Position numbers and translations under genes: made by a program | The notes under the pieces: generated by a model | Told to the model about the DNA's origin: nothing | What the model saw: the letters and a program-made list of their open reading frames with translations, nothing else | Database searches by the model: none | From: Gaiellales bacterium | GTDB lineage: Bacteria > Actinomycetota > Thermoleophilia > Gaiellales > JAICJC01 | Assembly (NCBI GenBank): GCA_038230835.1 | Contig: JBBRMM010000008.1 | Coordinates: forward strand, 4,721-68,720 | Direction: 5' to 3' | DNA length: 64,000 nucleotides | Part shown: in pieces, positions 32,938 to 42,211 of the stretch | Position numbering within the stretch: the stretch's first letter is position 1 | How the letters are laid out: each line of letters begins with the position of its first letter

Positions 32938-34167
32938 ATGACCCCTCTGCTGGCTCCCCTGGCTGAGCGAGACTTTCGCCGCTACTTCTGGGGGCAGGTG
33001 CTGTCGTCGGTCGGCTCCGGTCTGCACACCGTCGCGCTGGGCTGGTACCTGCTCGAGCGCACCGGGTCGGCCACCGACGTCGCGCTGGTGTGGACGGCGA
33101 CCTGGGGCGCGGGCCTGGTGGCGCTGCCGCTGAGTGGCCCGCTGGCGGATCGCTACTCGCGCCGCTTCGTCTGCATCGGCGCCGACCTTGCCCGGTTGGC
33201 CACCGTCGGCGCACTGGCCGGGCTGGCATTCGCCGGCAACCTGCCGCTGTGGGCTGTGTACACCTTCACGTTCGTGGTGGGATTCGGGCACAGTGTGTTT
33301 TGGCCCGCGATCACGGCTCTTCTGCAGGAGATCATCCGGCCGGATCAGGTCGAGGCCGCGAGTGGGCTGGTGGAGGTCACGTTCCAGGTCGGTACCCTCA
33401 CCGGGGCGGCGTTCGGAGGCCCGGTGCTGATCCGGTACGGGCTCGGCTGGGCGCTCACGATCGACGCCGCGACCTACGCGGTGTCGGCGATCGCGCTGCT
33501 CAGCCTGCACCACCGGCCCGCCAAACGCGAGCACCACGCCCCGGTGGCGGCGATCGTTCGCGAGGGGCTGGCCTATCTGCGCTCGCAACCGACCGTCGCG
33601 GGGTTCGGGATCGTCAGCGTGATGCCGTGGGTGGCCACCATCTGCCTGAACGTGGTGTCGGTGGCCTATGTGCTGCAGGTGATGCACCGCAGTGCCACGG
33701 TGTACGGGCTGGGGGACATGATCTACGGGCTGGGTGCGGTGGTCTCGGGCTTCCTGGCGGCGCTGCTGGTGCTGCGGCTGGGGGCGTCGTCGGCGATGCG
33801 GTCGGTGGTGGTCGGACTGCTCGCCGTGTACGTGGTGCTGATCTGGGGGCCGACGCAGGTGGCCGTGTACCTGGGGCTGATGCTGGCGGCCGGGTTCTGT
33901 TCGTCGGCGTTTCGGGTGATGGCGAACTCGGTGCTGTTCCGGGTCGTGCCCAACGAGGTGATGGGCCGTACCAGCGCCACCTTCCTGCTGGCCTCGATGA
34001 TGATGCAGGTGCTGGCGACGCTCGCGGTGGGTCCTCTGGTCAACGCGCACGGCGCGCGCGGCGGCTTCGTGCTGCTGGCCGCGATCGTGCTGGCGTCGCT
34101 GCTCGGCCTGATCCTGCTCGCACCGCGGCTGCGGCTGCGGCCGGAACCTGCGCGCGAGAGTGATTGA
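32938..34167 (+). CDS. MFS transporter
   Basis: 409-aa ORF with about 12 TM helices: FRRYFWGQVLSSVGSGLH.... Confidence 0.85.
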   Translation: MTPLLAPLAERDFRRYFWGQVLSSVGSGLHTVALGWYLLERTGSATDVALVWTATWGAGLVALPLSGPLADRYSRRFVCIGADLARLATVGALAGLAFAGNLPLWAVYTFTFVVGFGHSVFWPAITALLQEIIRPDQVEAASGLVEVTFQVGTLTGAAFGGPVLIRYGLGWALTIDAATYAVSAIALLSLHHRPAKREHHAPVAAIVREGLAYLRSQPTVAGFGIVSVMPWVATICLNVVSVAYVLQVMHRSATVYGLGDMIYGLGAVVSGFLAALLVLRLGASSAMRSVVVGLLAVYVVLIWGPTQVAVYLGLMLAAGFCSSAFRVMANSVLFRVVPNEVMGRTSATFLLASMMMQVLATLAVGPLVNAHGARGGFVLLAAIVLASLLGLILLAPRLRLRPEPARESD

Positions 34168-34541
34168 TAGCGTGCCGCGCGATGCCGATCGCACATGCCG
34201 TCGTGGGCTCGCTCCTGATCGCCGCCAACCTGGTGGTGGCTGTCTGGGGCTACCTCGCCTATCGCCGCGACCGCCCGCCCGGGCGTTGGTTCATGCAGTT
34301 GCTCGCGCTCGCCCAGACGCTCGTCCTTGCCCAGGCAACGCTCGGGCTCGTGCTGCTGGGCGAGGGTCGCGAGCCGGCCGACCGGCTGCACTTTGTGTAC
34401 GGCCTGCTGCCCCTGCTGGCCGTCGCCTACCCGTATGCTCTGCGCGGTGAGGATGGCCGTCGCAACCTGCTCCTGTTCACCGTCGGATCGGCGCTGGTGG
34501 CCGCGCTTGGCATCCGCGCGTTCATGACGGGCCCGCACTGA
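34164..34541 (+). CDS. Small integral membrane protein, unknown function
   Basis: 125-aa ORF with 4 predicted TM helices, translationally coupled to its neighbours. Confidence 0.6.
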   Translation: MIACRAMPIAHAVVGSLLIAANLVVAVWGYLAYRRDRPPGRWFMQLLALAQTLVLAQATLGLVLLGEGREPADRLHFVYGLLPLLAVAYPYALRGEDGRRNLLLFTVGSALVAALGIRAFMTGPH

Positions 34542-34921
34542 TGAGCAGTGACCGGATCCGCGGCTGGCTGATCATCCTCGGCCTGGCGGTGATCGCGACC
34601 GTCTTCTTCCGGCAGTCGCAGCAGATCGCCGGGATCGTGTTCGGGGCGATCGCCCTGCTCTTCATCGTGCTCGTGTGGTATTTCGGCTATAGCTGGTACC
34701 GCAACAACCTGACCGCCATCTCGCTCATGCCCGACAAGCTGCGGGCGCTGCTGTACCTCGGCATCGGCATGGTCACCGTCACGGCCGCCATGTGGTCGCT
34801 GCACAAGTTCGGGGTGGTCCCTCTGCACGGTGGGCTGTTCCTGCTTGACGTCTTCGCTGGACTGGTCGGGGCAGCCCTGGCGGTCTACGCCTGGAGCGAG
34901 TCCAAGCGCTACTACCTGTGA
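34541..34921 (+). CDS. Small integral membrane protein, unknown function
   Basis: 126-aa ORF with about 4 TM helices. ATGA/GTGA overlaps on both sides. Confidence 0.6.
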   Translation: MSSDRIRGWLIILGLAVIATVFFRQSQQIAGIVFGAIALLFIVLVWYFGYSWYRNNLTAISLMPDKLRALLYLGIGMVTVTAAMWSLHKFGVVPLHGGLFLLDVFAGLVGAALAVYAWSESKRYYL

Positions 34922-35442
34922 CCGACGGCGATCTGACCGCCGAGCTGATCGCCCATATTCCCTGGGTCGGCGGACACGCCGACGTGTGGCGGGCATTCTC
35001 CGACCGTCTGGTCTTCCCACTCCTAGTCGCAGCTCTGGCCGAGCCGTTTCGCGGTGACGGGATCACCAAGGTCGCAGGCGTCGAGGCGCGCGGGTTCATC
35101 CTCGGTTCCGCCGTCGCAGTGGAACTGTCCTGCGGCTTCGTCGCCATCCGCAAGGAACGGGGGCTGTTCCCGGGTGAGAAGATCGTCCGCTCGACCGAGC
35201 CCGACCACCGGGGCGCCACCAGCACGCTGCGTCTTCAGACCCGCTCCGTCGTTGCCGGCGACCGCATTCTCCTGGTGGACGACTGGTTCGAGACCGGCAG
35301 CCAGGCACTGGCGGCGAGGGCGATGATCGAGCAGGCAGGCGCCGTGTTCGTCGGGGCGTCGATCATCGTCGACCAGCTCGCTCAGGATGTCCGGTCACAA
35401 CTCGGCACGGTTGCCGCTCTGCTCCCGTTCGCCGCCCTCTGA
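34918..35442 (+). CDS. Phosphoribosyltransferase (adenine PRT-like)
   Basis: 174-aa ORF with VAGVEARGFILG and ILLVDDWFETGSQ (PRPP-binding motif). Confidence 0.75.
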   Translation: MTDGDLTAELIAHIPWVGGHADVWRAFSDRLVFPLLVAALAEPFRGDGITKVAGVEARGFILGSAVAVELSCGFVAIRKERGLFPGEKIVRSTEPDHRGATSTLRLQTRSVVAGDRILLVDDWFETGSQALAARAMIEQAGAVFVGASIIVDQLAQDVRSQLGTVAALLPFAAL

Positions 35443-35450
35443 CGAGGTTC

Positions 35451-36224
35451 TCAGGCCGGCAGCGACGTGGGCAGCGCCGCGCCGCCCAGCATCCGCAACG
35501 CATCGGCGACACTGACCGAGGTGCAGGTGAAGATCGGCGTGTCGCGTTCGGTGTACACGCTGGCCTCGGTCTCGCGCAGCGTCATCATCAGGTCAAGGAA
35601 GTCGCCCACGAAGTCGGTCTCGAAGGCCACCACGAATTCCTGGTCGTCGATGCCGTAGGAGTACGTGGTGTTGATCTTGACGGTGGGGAAACGGTGGCCG
35701 GTCGCGATGTGCTCGTTCATGATGCCCTGCCGCGCGGGTTTGGACATCTGATACCAGGGCCGGGTCTTGACCATCGGGTAGATCAGCAGGTACCTCGAAT
35801 CAGGGTTCCACATGATCCGGCCGCGCTTGTGCATCGAGCGGCCGTCGCCCTTCACGTACTGCGAGCGTCGGGTCATCGACAGGTACGCGTACGGGGTGTG
35901 CAGGTACGCGCCCATCGCGGTTGACCCGATCGCCGTCGCAAGCTCCTGGAAGTCCTCGAGCCGCTCGGACACTTTCCACAGCATGAAGTCGGCGTCGGCG
36001 CGCACGCCCATCGTCGAGTAGGCACGCACCGCGAAGCGCTCTGCCTGATCTTCGATCACCGCACGCAACTGCTCACGTCCCGACTGCTGCGTGTCGGCGG
36101 GCAGCCGCCGCCAGGCGGGGTCGAGCTTGTAGAAGCTGAAGTGCACGAACTGCCGGTCTTCGCCGGCGGAGTTGTTCGGCTCCAAGTCCGTATGGGTGCT
36201 CGCGGTGCCGTTCGGCTCGCTCAT
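35451..36224 (-). CDS. hemQ: Chlorite-dismutase-family coproheme decarboxylase (HemQ/ChdC)
   Basis: C-terminal 257 aa of ORF 35451..36776, from MSEPNG. Sequence ...FSFYKLDPAWRRLP..., ...LLIYPMVKTRPWYQM..., ...MNEHIATGHRFP.... Confidence 0.85.
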   Translation of the reverse strand: MSEPNGTASTHTDLEPNNSAGEDRQFVHFSFYKLDPAWRRLPADTQQSGREQLRAVIEDQAERFAVRAYSTMGVRADADFMLWKVSERLEDFQELATAIGSTAMGAYLHTPYAYLSMTRRSQYVKGDGRSMHKRGRIMWNPDSRYLLIYPMVKTRPWYQMSKPARQGIMNEHIATGHRFPTVKINTTYSYGIDDQEFVVAFETDFVGDFLDLMMTLRETEASVYTERDTPIFTCTSVSVADALRMLGGAALPTSLPA

Positions 36225-36310
36225 GGTCTCGATCGTAGCAGCGCTTCCGACACGGACCCGACACCGTTTCGGTCTGGATCGGTGACGCTGACCGGCCGTA
36301 GCGTGGGCCC

Positions 36311-36631
36311 ATGACCGGTGAGCGCGCACAGGCGAGTGTCGAGACCGTCGTCCTGCTGCCCGTGCTGGTCCTGCTCGGCCTGGCGGCATGGCAGGTGCTG
36401 CTGGCCGGCTGGGCGCTGCAGGCGGCGCAGGACTCTGCAGCCGCCGGCGCCCGTGCGGCGAGCGTCGGCGAGCCGGTGCGGGCGGTGGTCGCGGCGTCGC
36501 TACCTCCCCGCATGCGCGGCACGTTGCGCCTGTCGTCCAGCGGCGGCCGGTTGGTGGTGAGCGTCGTCGTGCCATCGGTGATCCCGGGCTTCGCCCCACG
36601 CATCGAGGCCTCGGCGGACGGTGGTGGGTGA
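36311..36631 (+). CDS. TadE-like pseudopilin-type protein
   Basis: 106-aa ORF: MTGERAQASVETVVLLPVLVLLGLAAWQV... (G/xQxxVE processing-type N-terminus). Confidence 0.65.
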   Translation: MTGERAQASVETVVLLPVLVLLGLAAWQVLLAGWALQAAQDSAAAGARAASVGEPVRAVVAASLPPRMRGTLRLSSSGGRLVVSVVVPSVIPGFAPRIEASADGGG

Positions 36632-36924
36632 GCCGCAGTTCCGGGCAGGCGTCGGTCGAACTGGTGGCCGTGGTCGGACTGGTGGCCATGCTCGCCTTCG
36701 GGCTGTGGGATGTGCTGGCCGTGGTGCGCGCCCAGGATGCGGCCCAGCGACTGGCCGACAGGGCGGCCGTCGCCACGCTCGAACGGCGTCCGGTGTCGCC
36801 GGCAGGGGATGGTCAAACCGTGCGGGTGGAGGCGGGGCGGGTGTTCGCGGAGGTGCGCCTGTGCGCTCTCACCGCAGCTGCCGGGTGTTTCGCGGTTTCG
36901 GCGCAGGCACGCCTGCCCGCATGA
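36628..36924 (+). CDS. TadE-like protein (second copy)
   Basis: GTG start overlapping the upstream stop (GTGA): VSRSSGQASVELVAVVGLVAMLAFGLWDV... (frame of track ORF 36388..36924). Confidence 0.55.
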   Translation: MSRSSGQASVELVAVVGLVAMLAFGLWDVLAVVRAQDAAQRLADRAAVATLERRPVSPAGDGQTVRVEAGRVFAEVRLCALTAAAGCFAVSAQARLPA

Positions 36925-38750
36925 GCGAGCGCGGCCAATTGACGGTGGCTGCGGCCGGTCTGATGGTGGCGCTGGTGCTGGGTGCGTCGGTGCTGCTCCA
37001 CCTGGGCCGGATCCGCGCGCAAGGAGCGGGTGGACAGCGCGCCGCCGACCTCGCGGTGCTGGCGGCCGCCCGCGATCTCGCCGACGATCCCGCCGCAGCA
37101 GCGAGTCATCTGCGAGCGACCGCTTCGAGCGTCGCCGCCGCGAACGGCGGACACCTGGCGTGGTTGCGGATCGAGCGCGGTGCCGCGGGGCCGGCGGCCG
37201 TCGACCTGGCGGTGCGGGTGGAGGCGGACGGCGCGCTTCCGGTCGTCGGGTCGCGTGCAGACCGGATACTCGTGCGGGCGCGGGCCGGGGTCAGCTACAG
37301 CGCGTCGCTGCCTGACTCGAGCTTTCGCCCGGTCGACCTGGCCGGGGCTCGCGGTGCCGGCGCGGCGGTGGCCGCCGCTGAGGCGCAGATCGGCTGGCCC
37401 TACGTGTGGGGCGGCGAGAGTCGGGCGGAGGGCGGATTCGACTGCTCGGGCCTGGTCGACTATGCATACGCGGCTGCCGGTATGCCGCTGCCCGGCCGGC
37501 CCACCGCCGCCGACCTGTGGACGATGGCGACGCCGATCCCGGTCGCCGCGCTCGCGCCCGGTGACCTGGTGTTCCTCGGTGCCCGCTCCGGTGCCCCGTA
37601 TCACGTCGGAATGTACGTGGGTGGAGGCATGACCGTGGTCGCCCCGCACAGTGGGGCGGCGGTCGGGTTCGAGCCGCTGTCCGCGGTCGGCTGGGACGGG
37701 TTTGGCACACTGACGGCGAGCGCGTCTCCAGTCCCCGTCGGCGCGGTCGAGGCCGCGGCTCGCCGCTACCAGGTCCCGCCCGACGTGCTGCGAGCCGAGC
37801 TCGACCTGGGCGTCTCGGCGGACGCGGATGCCGCCGGGCGTAGCCTGGCCGCGGCGGTACATCGGCACCCGGGCGATCTGGTGGCGGCGCTCGCCGACGC
37901 CCTCGGCGGCGACCCCTCGAACGCCGCCCTCGTGCTGCGGGCGGCGTCCGGACCCGGCTTGGGCGCCGGGTTCTCGGGATCGGTGCGGTTGCTGGCCGAG
38001 CCGATCGGCGGGGCCGACGTGGCTCGGATGGGCACCCCCGCGTCGCGGAGCGCGCACGCCGCGGCCGGTTGGTCTGTGGGCGCCGCCGGACAGTCGGCGC
38101 TGGCGGCCGGTTCGAAGGCGGCCGACTGGCTCGAGGAGGTGCACGGGCGAGGGGCGGTGGGCGGGTTCGCAGGCGTCCACCACATCAGCCGTCTGGGGCT
38201 CAACGCGGCGACGCTGTATCCCGACCGCAGGGTGTCCACGGCCGGTTCGGTCCTCGGCGCTGCCTGGGATGTCGGGAGCAGCGCCCTGGATGTGTTCGCC
38301 GACGGCCTTGGCTCGGGACTCGCGGTCGGCGGGCTGGGACTGTGGGCATCTCGCCTGACTGTGCTCGGGGGAGTAGCGTCGCTCGCGTTCGGTGGGTACG
38401 CCCTGTACGAGGCCCGCACACGCCGGCAGCAGATCGTTGCGGGAGCCCAGACCGTTGCCGGCGGGCTCACGGTGGCCGGCTTCGCCACGGCGGGTGGGGA
38501 GCTATGCGCGCTGGGGGCCGCCAGCATGGAGGTCCCGCCGGTCGGGCTCGCGCTGTTGTGCGCCGCCACCTTGATCACCGCCGGTGTGACGGTGTATCAG
38601 AACTGGTCGGCGATCCGCGGGGCTGCGACAGTGGCCGCGGGGTCGGCCTCGAGGCTGGCATCGCGGGCGGCCTTGACCGTCAGCGACGCGGCGGGCGCCG
38701 CAGTGGACGGCGCCCGCTCGCTCGTGTCGTCGATCCCGACGCCCTGGTAG
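36921..38750 (+). CDS. TadG-like N-terminus fused to an NlpC/P60 peptidoglycan endopeptidase and a Gly/Ala-rich multi-TM C-terminus
   Basis: ORF 36621..38750, trimmed to MSERGQLTVAAAGLMVALVL (ATGA overlap). Motifs AADLAVLAAARDL and IGWPYVWGGESRAEGGFDCSGLVDYAY...APYHVGMYVGGG. The C-terminal 200 aa are hydrophobic. Confidence 0.7.
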   Translation: MSERGQLTVAAAGLMVALVLGASVLLHLGRIRAQGAGGQRAADLAVLAAARDLADDPAAAASHLRATASSVAAANGGHLAWLRIERGAAGPAAVDLAVRVEADGALPVVGSRADRILVRARAGVSYSASLPDSSFRPVDLAGARGAGAAVAAAEAQIGWPYVWGGESRAEGGFDCSGLVDYAYAAAGMPLPGRPTAADLWTMATPIPVAALAPGDLVFLGARSGAPYHVGMYVGGGMTVVAPHSGAAVGFEPLSAVGWDGFGTLTASASPVPVGAVEAAARRYQVPPDVLRAELDLGVSADADAAGRSLAAAVHRHPGDLVAALADALGGDPSNAALVLRAASGPGLGAGFSGSVRLLAEPIGGADVARMGTPASRSAHAAAGWSVGAAGQSALAAGSKAADWLEEVHGRGAVGGFAGVHHISRLGLNAATLYPDRRVSTAGSVLGAAWDVGSSALDVFADGLGSGLAVGGLGLWASRLTVLGGVASLAFGGYALYEARTRRQQIVAGAQTVAGGLTVAGFATAGGELCALGAASMEVPPVGLALLCAATLITAGVTVYQNWSAIRGAATVAAGSASRLASRAALTVSDAAGAAVDGARSLVSSIPTPW

Positions 38751-38756
38751 CGCGCG

Positions 38757-39275
38757 TTATGCCCTGGCGCGGGTGGTGGCGGGGACGACCAACTCGAGCC
38801 CGCCGGTGTGCACGTCGTACAGGTACCCCGAGACCGGGATCGAGTCGTCCAGGTGGGGCGTTTCCAGGATCCGGTGCACGTCGTCGAGCACGCTCTGGCG
38901 GAGGTCGCCGAAGGGCAGGAAGTCGATGCCGGAGGCGTCGGTGCCGGCCTCGTCGGCGAGCTTGGCCCGCAACTGGTCGTTCGAGAACGTCAGCATGCCG
39001 CAGTCGGTGTGGTGGATGACCGCGAACTCGTTTGTCCCGAGCAGCCGCGAGGAGATGATCAACGACCGGATGGTGTCGTCGGACGCCCGGCCGCCGGCGT
39101 TCCGGATCATGTGTGCGTCGCCGATCCCGAGTCCGAGCGCCGGCTCGGGGTGGATGCGCGCATCCATGCAGGTCAGGATCGCGACGTGGCGCGCGGGTGG
39201 CATGGGCTTGCCGCCGTCCGCGAACGACGCGGTGTACTCGCGATTGGCCTCGATCATGCGAGCGAGCTCTGACAT
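38757..39275 (-). CDS. Beta-class carbonic anhydrase
   Basis: 172-aa ORF with ILTCMDARIHP and AVIHHTDCGM. Confidence 0.85.
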   Translation of the reverse strand: MSELARMIEANREYTASFADGGKPMPPARHVAILTCMDARIHPEPALGLGIGDAHMIRNAGGRASDDTIRSLIISSRLLGTNEFAVIHHTDCGMLTFSNDQLRAKLADEAGTDASGIDFLPFGDLRQSVLDDVHRILETPHLDDSIPVSGYLYDVHTGGLELVVPATTRARA

Positions 39276-39361
39276 CGGTCACCTCCGGGAGTGGGTATGA
39301 CCCCAGCTTAGCGCCTTTGGATCCAAAGTCCCGGGCTCGGCGACACGGCTACGATCACCGC

Positions 39362-41221
39362 ATGGTCACCAGTGATCGCAGCCAGCGGCTCGACGTCCAA
39401 CTGAAGGCTCTGCCGGATGATCCCGGGGTGTACCTGTTTCACGCTCGCGACGGCGGGGTGCTCTACGTCGGCAAGGCCAAGTCGCTGCGCAAGCGGGTGC
39501 AGTCGTACTTCCGCCGCGAGGCCTACTCGACCCAGAAGACCGCCGAACTGGTCGACCGGATCGACGACATCGAGTTCATGGCCACCGTGTCCGAGACCGA
39601 AGCCCTGCTGCTGGAGCAGAACCTGATCAAGCGCCACCGGCCGCCGTTCAACATCCGCCTGCGCGACGACAAGTCGTACCCGTACATCGCGGTCACGGTC
39701 GGCGACGACTACCCGCGCGTGATGTTCACCCGCGAGCGCCACCGCAAGGGCGTGCAGTACTTCGGCCCGTACGCAAGTGCGAAGAAGGTGCGCGAGACGC
39801 TGGACGTGCTGAACAGGGTGTTCCCCTACCGACCGTGTGAAGGGCCGACGCCGGGGCGGCGGTCGGGAGTGCCGTGCCTGGACTACCACATCGGCCGCTG
39901 CTCCGCGCCCTGCGTCGGGCTGGTGTCCCAGGAGCAGTACCGGGCGACCATCGACTCGGTGATCGAGTTCCTGTCGGGCCGCGTGAGACCGCTCGAGCGC
40001 GAGCTGGAGGCGGCGATGAAGCTCGCGGCTGCCGAGCGCGACTACGAGGACGCCGCCCGCTACCGCAACCGGCTGAACGCGGTCAGGCACCTGTCGGAGC
40101 GCCAGGTCACCGACAAGCCCAGCCTGGGCAGTGCCGACGTGCTCGGCGTGGCGCAGCGTGGCGACACCGCCAACGTGCAGCTGTTCCACCTGCGTGAGGG
40201 CCGGCTGTCCGACCGCCACGGCTTCTACCTCGAGAACGCCGACGGTGAGTCGGAGTCGGACGTCCTGTGGGGATTTGCGCTCGAGTACTACGCGGGCCAG
40301 GTCGCCATTCCCGCACAGGTGATCGTGCCCGCCGGGTTCGACGACCCCGAGTTGCTCGGCTCCTTCCTCGCCGAGCGCCGGGGGGCGGGCGTCGAGGTGC
40401 GTGCTCCGCAGCGGGGTGAGAAGCGCCGGCTGGCAGAGATGGCGGCCCAGAACGCGCGGCTCGCGCTCGAGCACGACCGCCTGATCGCCGAGCGCACCCG
40501 GGCACGCCGGGTGGAGGCGCTGGAGGAGTTGCGTGAGCAACTCAACCTGGAGTCGTTGCCGATCCGGATCGAGTGCTTCGACATCTCCAACCTGGGAGCC
40601 ACCAACATGACAGCCTCGATGGTCGTGTTCGAAGACGCCGTCGCCAAGCGCTCCGACTACCGATCGTTCTCGATCCGCCACGGCAAGGGGCAGGACGACT
40701 TCGCCAGCATGCACGAGGCGGTCGCCCGCCGGTTCGCGCGCATGCGGGCGGTGGACGCAGACCGCTACGACCGCAGCTTCGCGGCCACCCCCAACCTGGT
40801 CGTGATCGACGGCGGCAAGGGGCAGCTGAACGCCGCGGTGGCGGCGATGGCCGAGTTCGACCTGCCGCGGGTGGCGGTGATCTCGCTGGCCAAGCGGGTG
40901 GAGGAGGTGTTCATCCCGGGCCGCTCGGAGCCGATCCTGCTGCCGCACGACACGGCCGGGTTGCAGCTGCTGCAGCGCGTCCGCGACGAGGCGCACCGAT
41001 TCGCGCTGGGGCGCCACCGCAGCCGACGCGCGCGCTCGGCGGTGGAGTCGATCTTCGACAGCCTGCCCGGTGTCGGGCCGGCTCGCAAGCGTCTGCTGAT
41101 CGCCCACTTCGGCACGCCGGAGCGCTTCGTCAACGCCGGCCGGGCCGAGCTCGAGGCGGTACCCGGGCTGCCCGCCAAGGTCGCCCGCAGCATCCACGAA
41201 TCGCTGCACAAGGCCGGATAG
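39362..41221 (+). CDS. uvrC: Excinuclease ABC subunit C
   Basis: ORF 39113..41221, trimmed to MVTSDRSQ. GIY-YIG motif (GVYLFHARDGGVLYVGKAKSLRKRVQSYF), UVR domain, C-terminal HhH. Confidence 0.95.
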   Translation: MVTSDRSQRLDVQLKALPDDPGVYLFHARDGGVLYVGKAKSLRKRVQSYFRREAYSTQKTAELVDRIDDIEFMATVSETEALLLEQNLIKRHRPPFNIRLRDDKSYPYIAVTVGDDYPRVMFTRERHRKGVQYFGPYASAKKVRETLDVLNRVFPYRPCEGPTPGRRSGVPCLDYHIGRCSAPCVGLVSQEQYRATIDSVIEFLSGRVRPLERELEAAMKLAAAERDYEDAARYRNRLNAVRHLSERQVTDKPSLGSADVLGVAQRGDTANVQLFHLREGRLSDRHGFYLENADGESESDVLWGFALEYYAGQVAIPAQVIVPAGFDDPELLGSFLAERRGAGVEVRAPQRGEKRRLAEMAAQNARLALEHDRLIAERTRARRVEALEELREQLNLESLPIRIECFDISNLGATNMTASMVVFEDAVAKRSDYRSFSIRHGKGQDDFASMHEAVARRFARMRAVDADRYDRSFAATPNLVVIDGGKGQLNAAVAAMAEFDLPRVAVISLAKRVEEVFIPGRSEPILLPHDTAGLQLLQRVRDEAHRFALGRHRSRRARSAVESIFDSLPGVGPARKRLLIAHFGTPERFVNAGRAELEAVPGLPAKVARSIHESLHKAG

Positions 41222-41230
41222 GCTCCGTCG

Positions 41231-42211
41231 GTGACGCTGTTCTCCGACACCACCCCGGGTTTCGACCCGGCACCGCACCGACGTCGGCGCGGAGTGCGGG
41301 TGGTCTGTCTGGGTGGAGGCACTGGGCTGTCCATGATCCTGCGCGGCCTGAAACGGGTCGCATCGGTCACCGCCGTCGTGACGACCACGGACGACGGCGG
41401 CAGCTCCGGGCGGCTGCGGCGTGACTTCGGCATGCCCGCCCCGGGCGACCTGCGCAGCTGCCTGGCGGCGCTGGCCGAGGACGAGTCGCTGGTCGGGCAG
41501 CTGTTTCAGCACCGTTTCACGACGGGGGAATTGGCCGGTCACAGCTTCGGTAACTTGTTCCTGGCCGGGCTGACCGATCTGCTGGGGAGCTTCGACCAGG
41601 CGGTGTCGGAGTCGGCCCGAGTGCTCGCGGTGCGCGGCCGGGTGGTGCCGTCGACCGTCGATCTGGTCGAGCTGGTGGCACGCTTCCCGGATGGCCACGA
41701 GGTGCGCGGCGAGACCGCATTGGCCGCCGACGGAGCCCGCTGCGAGCATGTCCGCCTCGACCCGCCGCGGCCCACGGCGCATCCCCGCGCACTCCAGGCC
41801 CTGGAGCGTGCCGAGCTGATCGTGATGGGACCGGGAAGCCTCTTCACGAGCACGCTGCCACCGCTGCTGGTTCCCGGTATCCGGGACGCCGTGCGGGCCG
41901 CCAAGGTGCCGCGGATCTACGTCTGCAATCTGCTCCAGCAGCCCGGGGAGACGGACGGCTACAGGGCCTCGGACCACGTCTCGCGGATCTTCGACCACTG
42001 CGGCGAGGGGCTGGTGGACGGCGTTGTTGTCAGCCGCAACCGAGCCGAGCACGGAGCTCCGGTGCCGGTCGATCGCGGCGGCCTGCGCCGCCTGGGCGTG
42101 CGGGTCTTCGGCGCCCGCCTGGCGGGTGAGTGGCAGCACGACCCCGACAAGTTGGCACGGACGCTGGTGCGGCTTGCGCGGTGGGTGCCCGGGGAGGAGC
42201 CGGGCGCGTGA
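41231..42211 (+). CDS. yvcK: YvcK/CofD-family gluconeogenesis factor (UPF0052)
   Basis: 326-aa ORF with VVCLGGGTGLSMILRGLK...VVTTTDDGGSSGRLRRDFGMPAPGDLR. Confidence 0.85.
   Translation: MTLFSDTTPGFDPAPHRRRRGVRVVCLGGGTGLSMILRGLKRVASVTAVVTTTDDGGSSGRLRRDFGMPAPGDLRSCLAALAEDESLVGQLFQHRFTTGELAGHSFGNLFLAGLTDLLGSFDQAVSESARVLAVRGRVVPSTVDLVELVARFPDGHEVRGETALAADGARCEHVRLDPPRPTAHPRALQALERAELIVMGPGSLFTSTLPPLLVPGIRDAVRAAKVPRIYVCNLLQQPGETDGYRASDHVSRIFDHCGEGLVDGVVVSRNRAEHGAPVPVDRGGLRRLGVRVFGARLAGEWQHDPDKLARTLVRLARWVPGEEPGA

Noticed and set aside
32911-34194. N-terminal roughly 430 aa of the 587-aa ORF 32431..34194(-), and likewise 36225..36776 of ORF 35451..36776(-)
   Set aside because: Only the C-terminal parts match real families (Bcp from MVEPGQ, HemQ from MSEPNG). 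The upstream portions are arginine/proline-rich and antisense to an MFS gene, or overlap the TadE locus.
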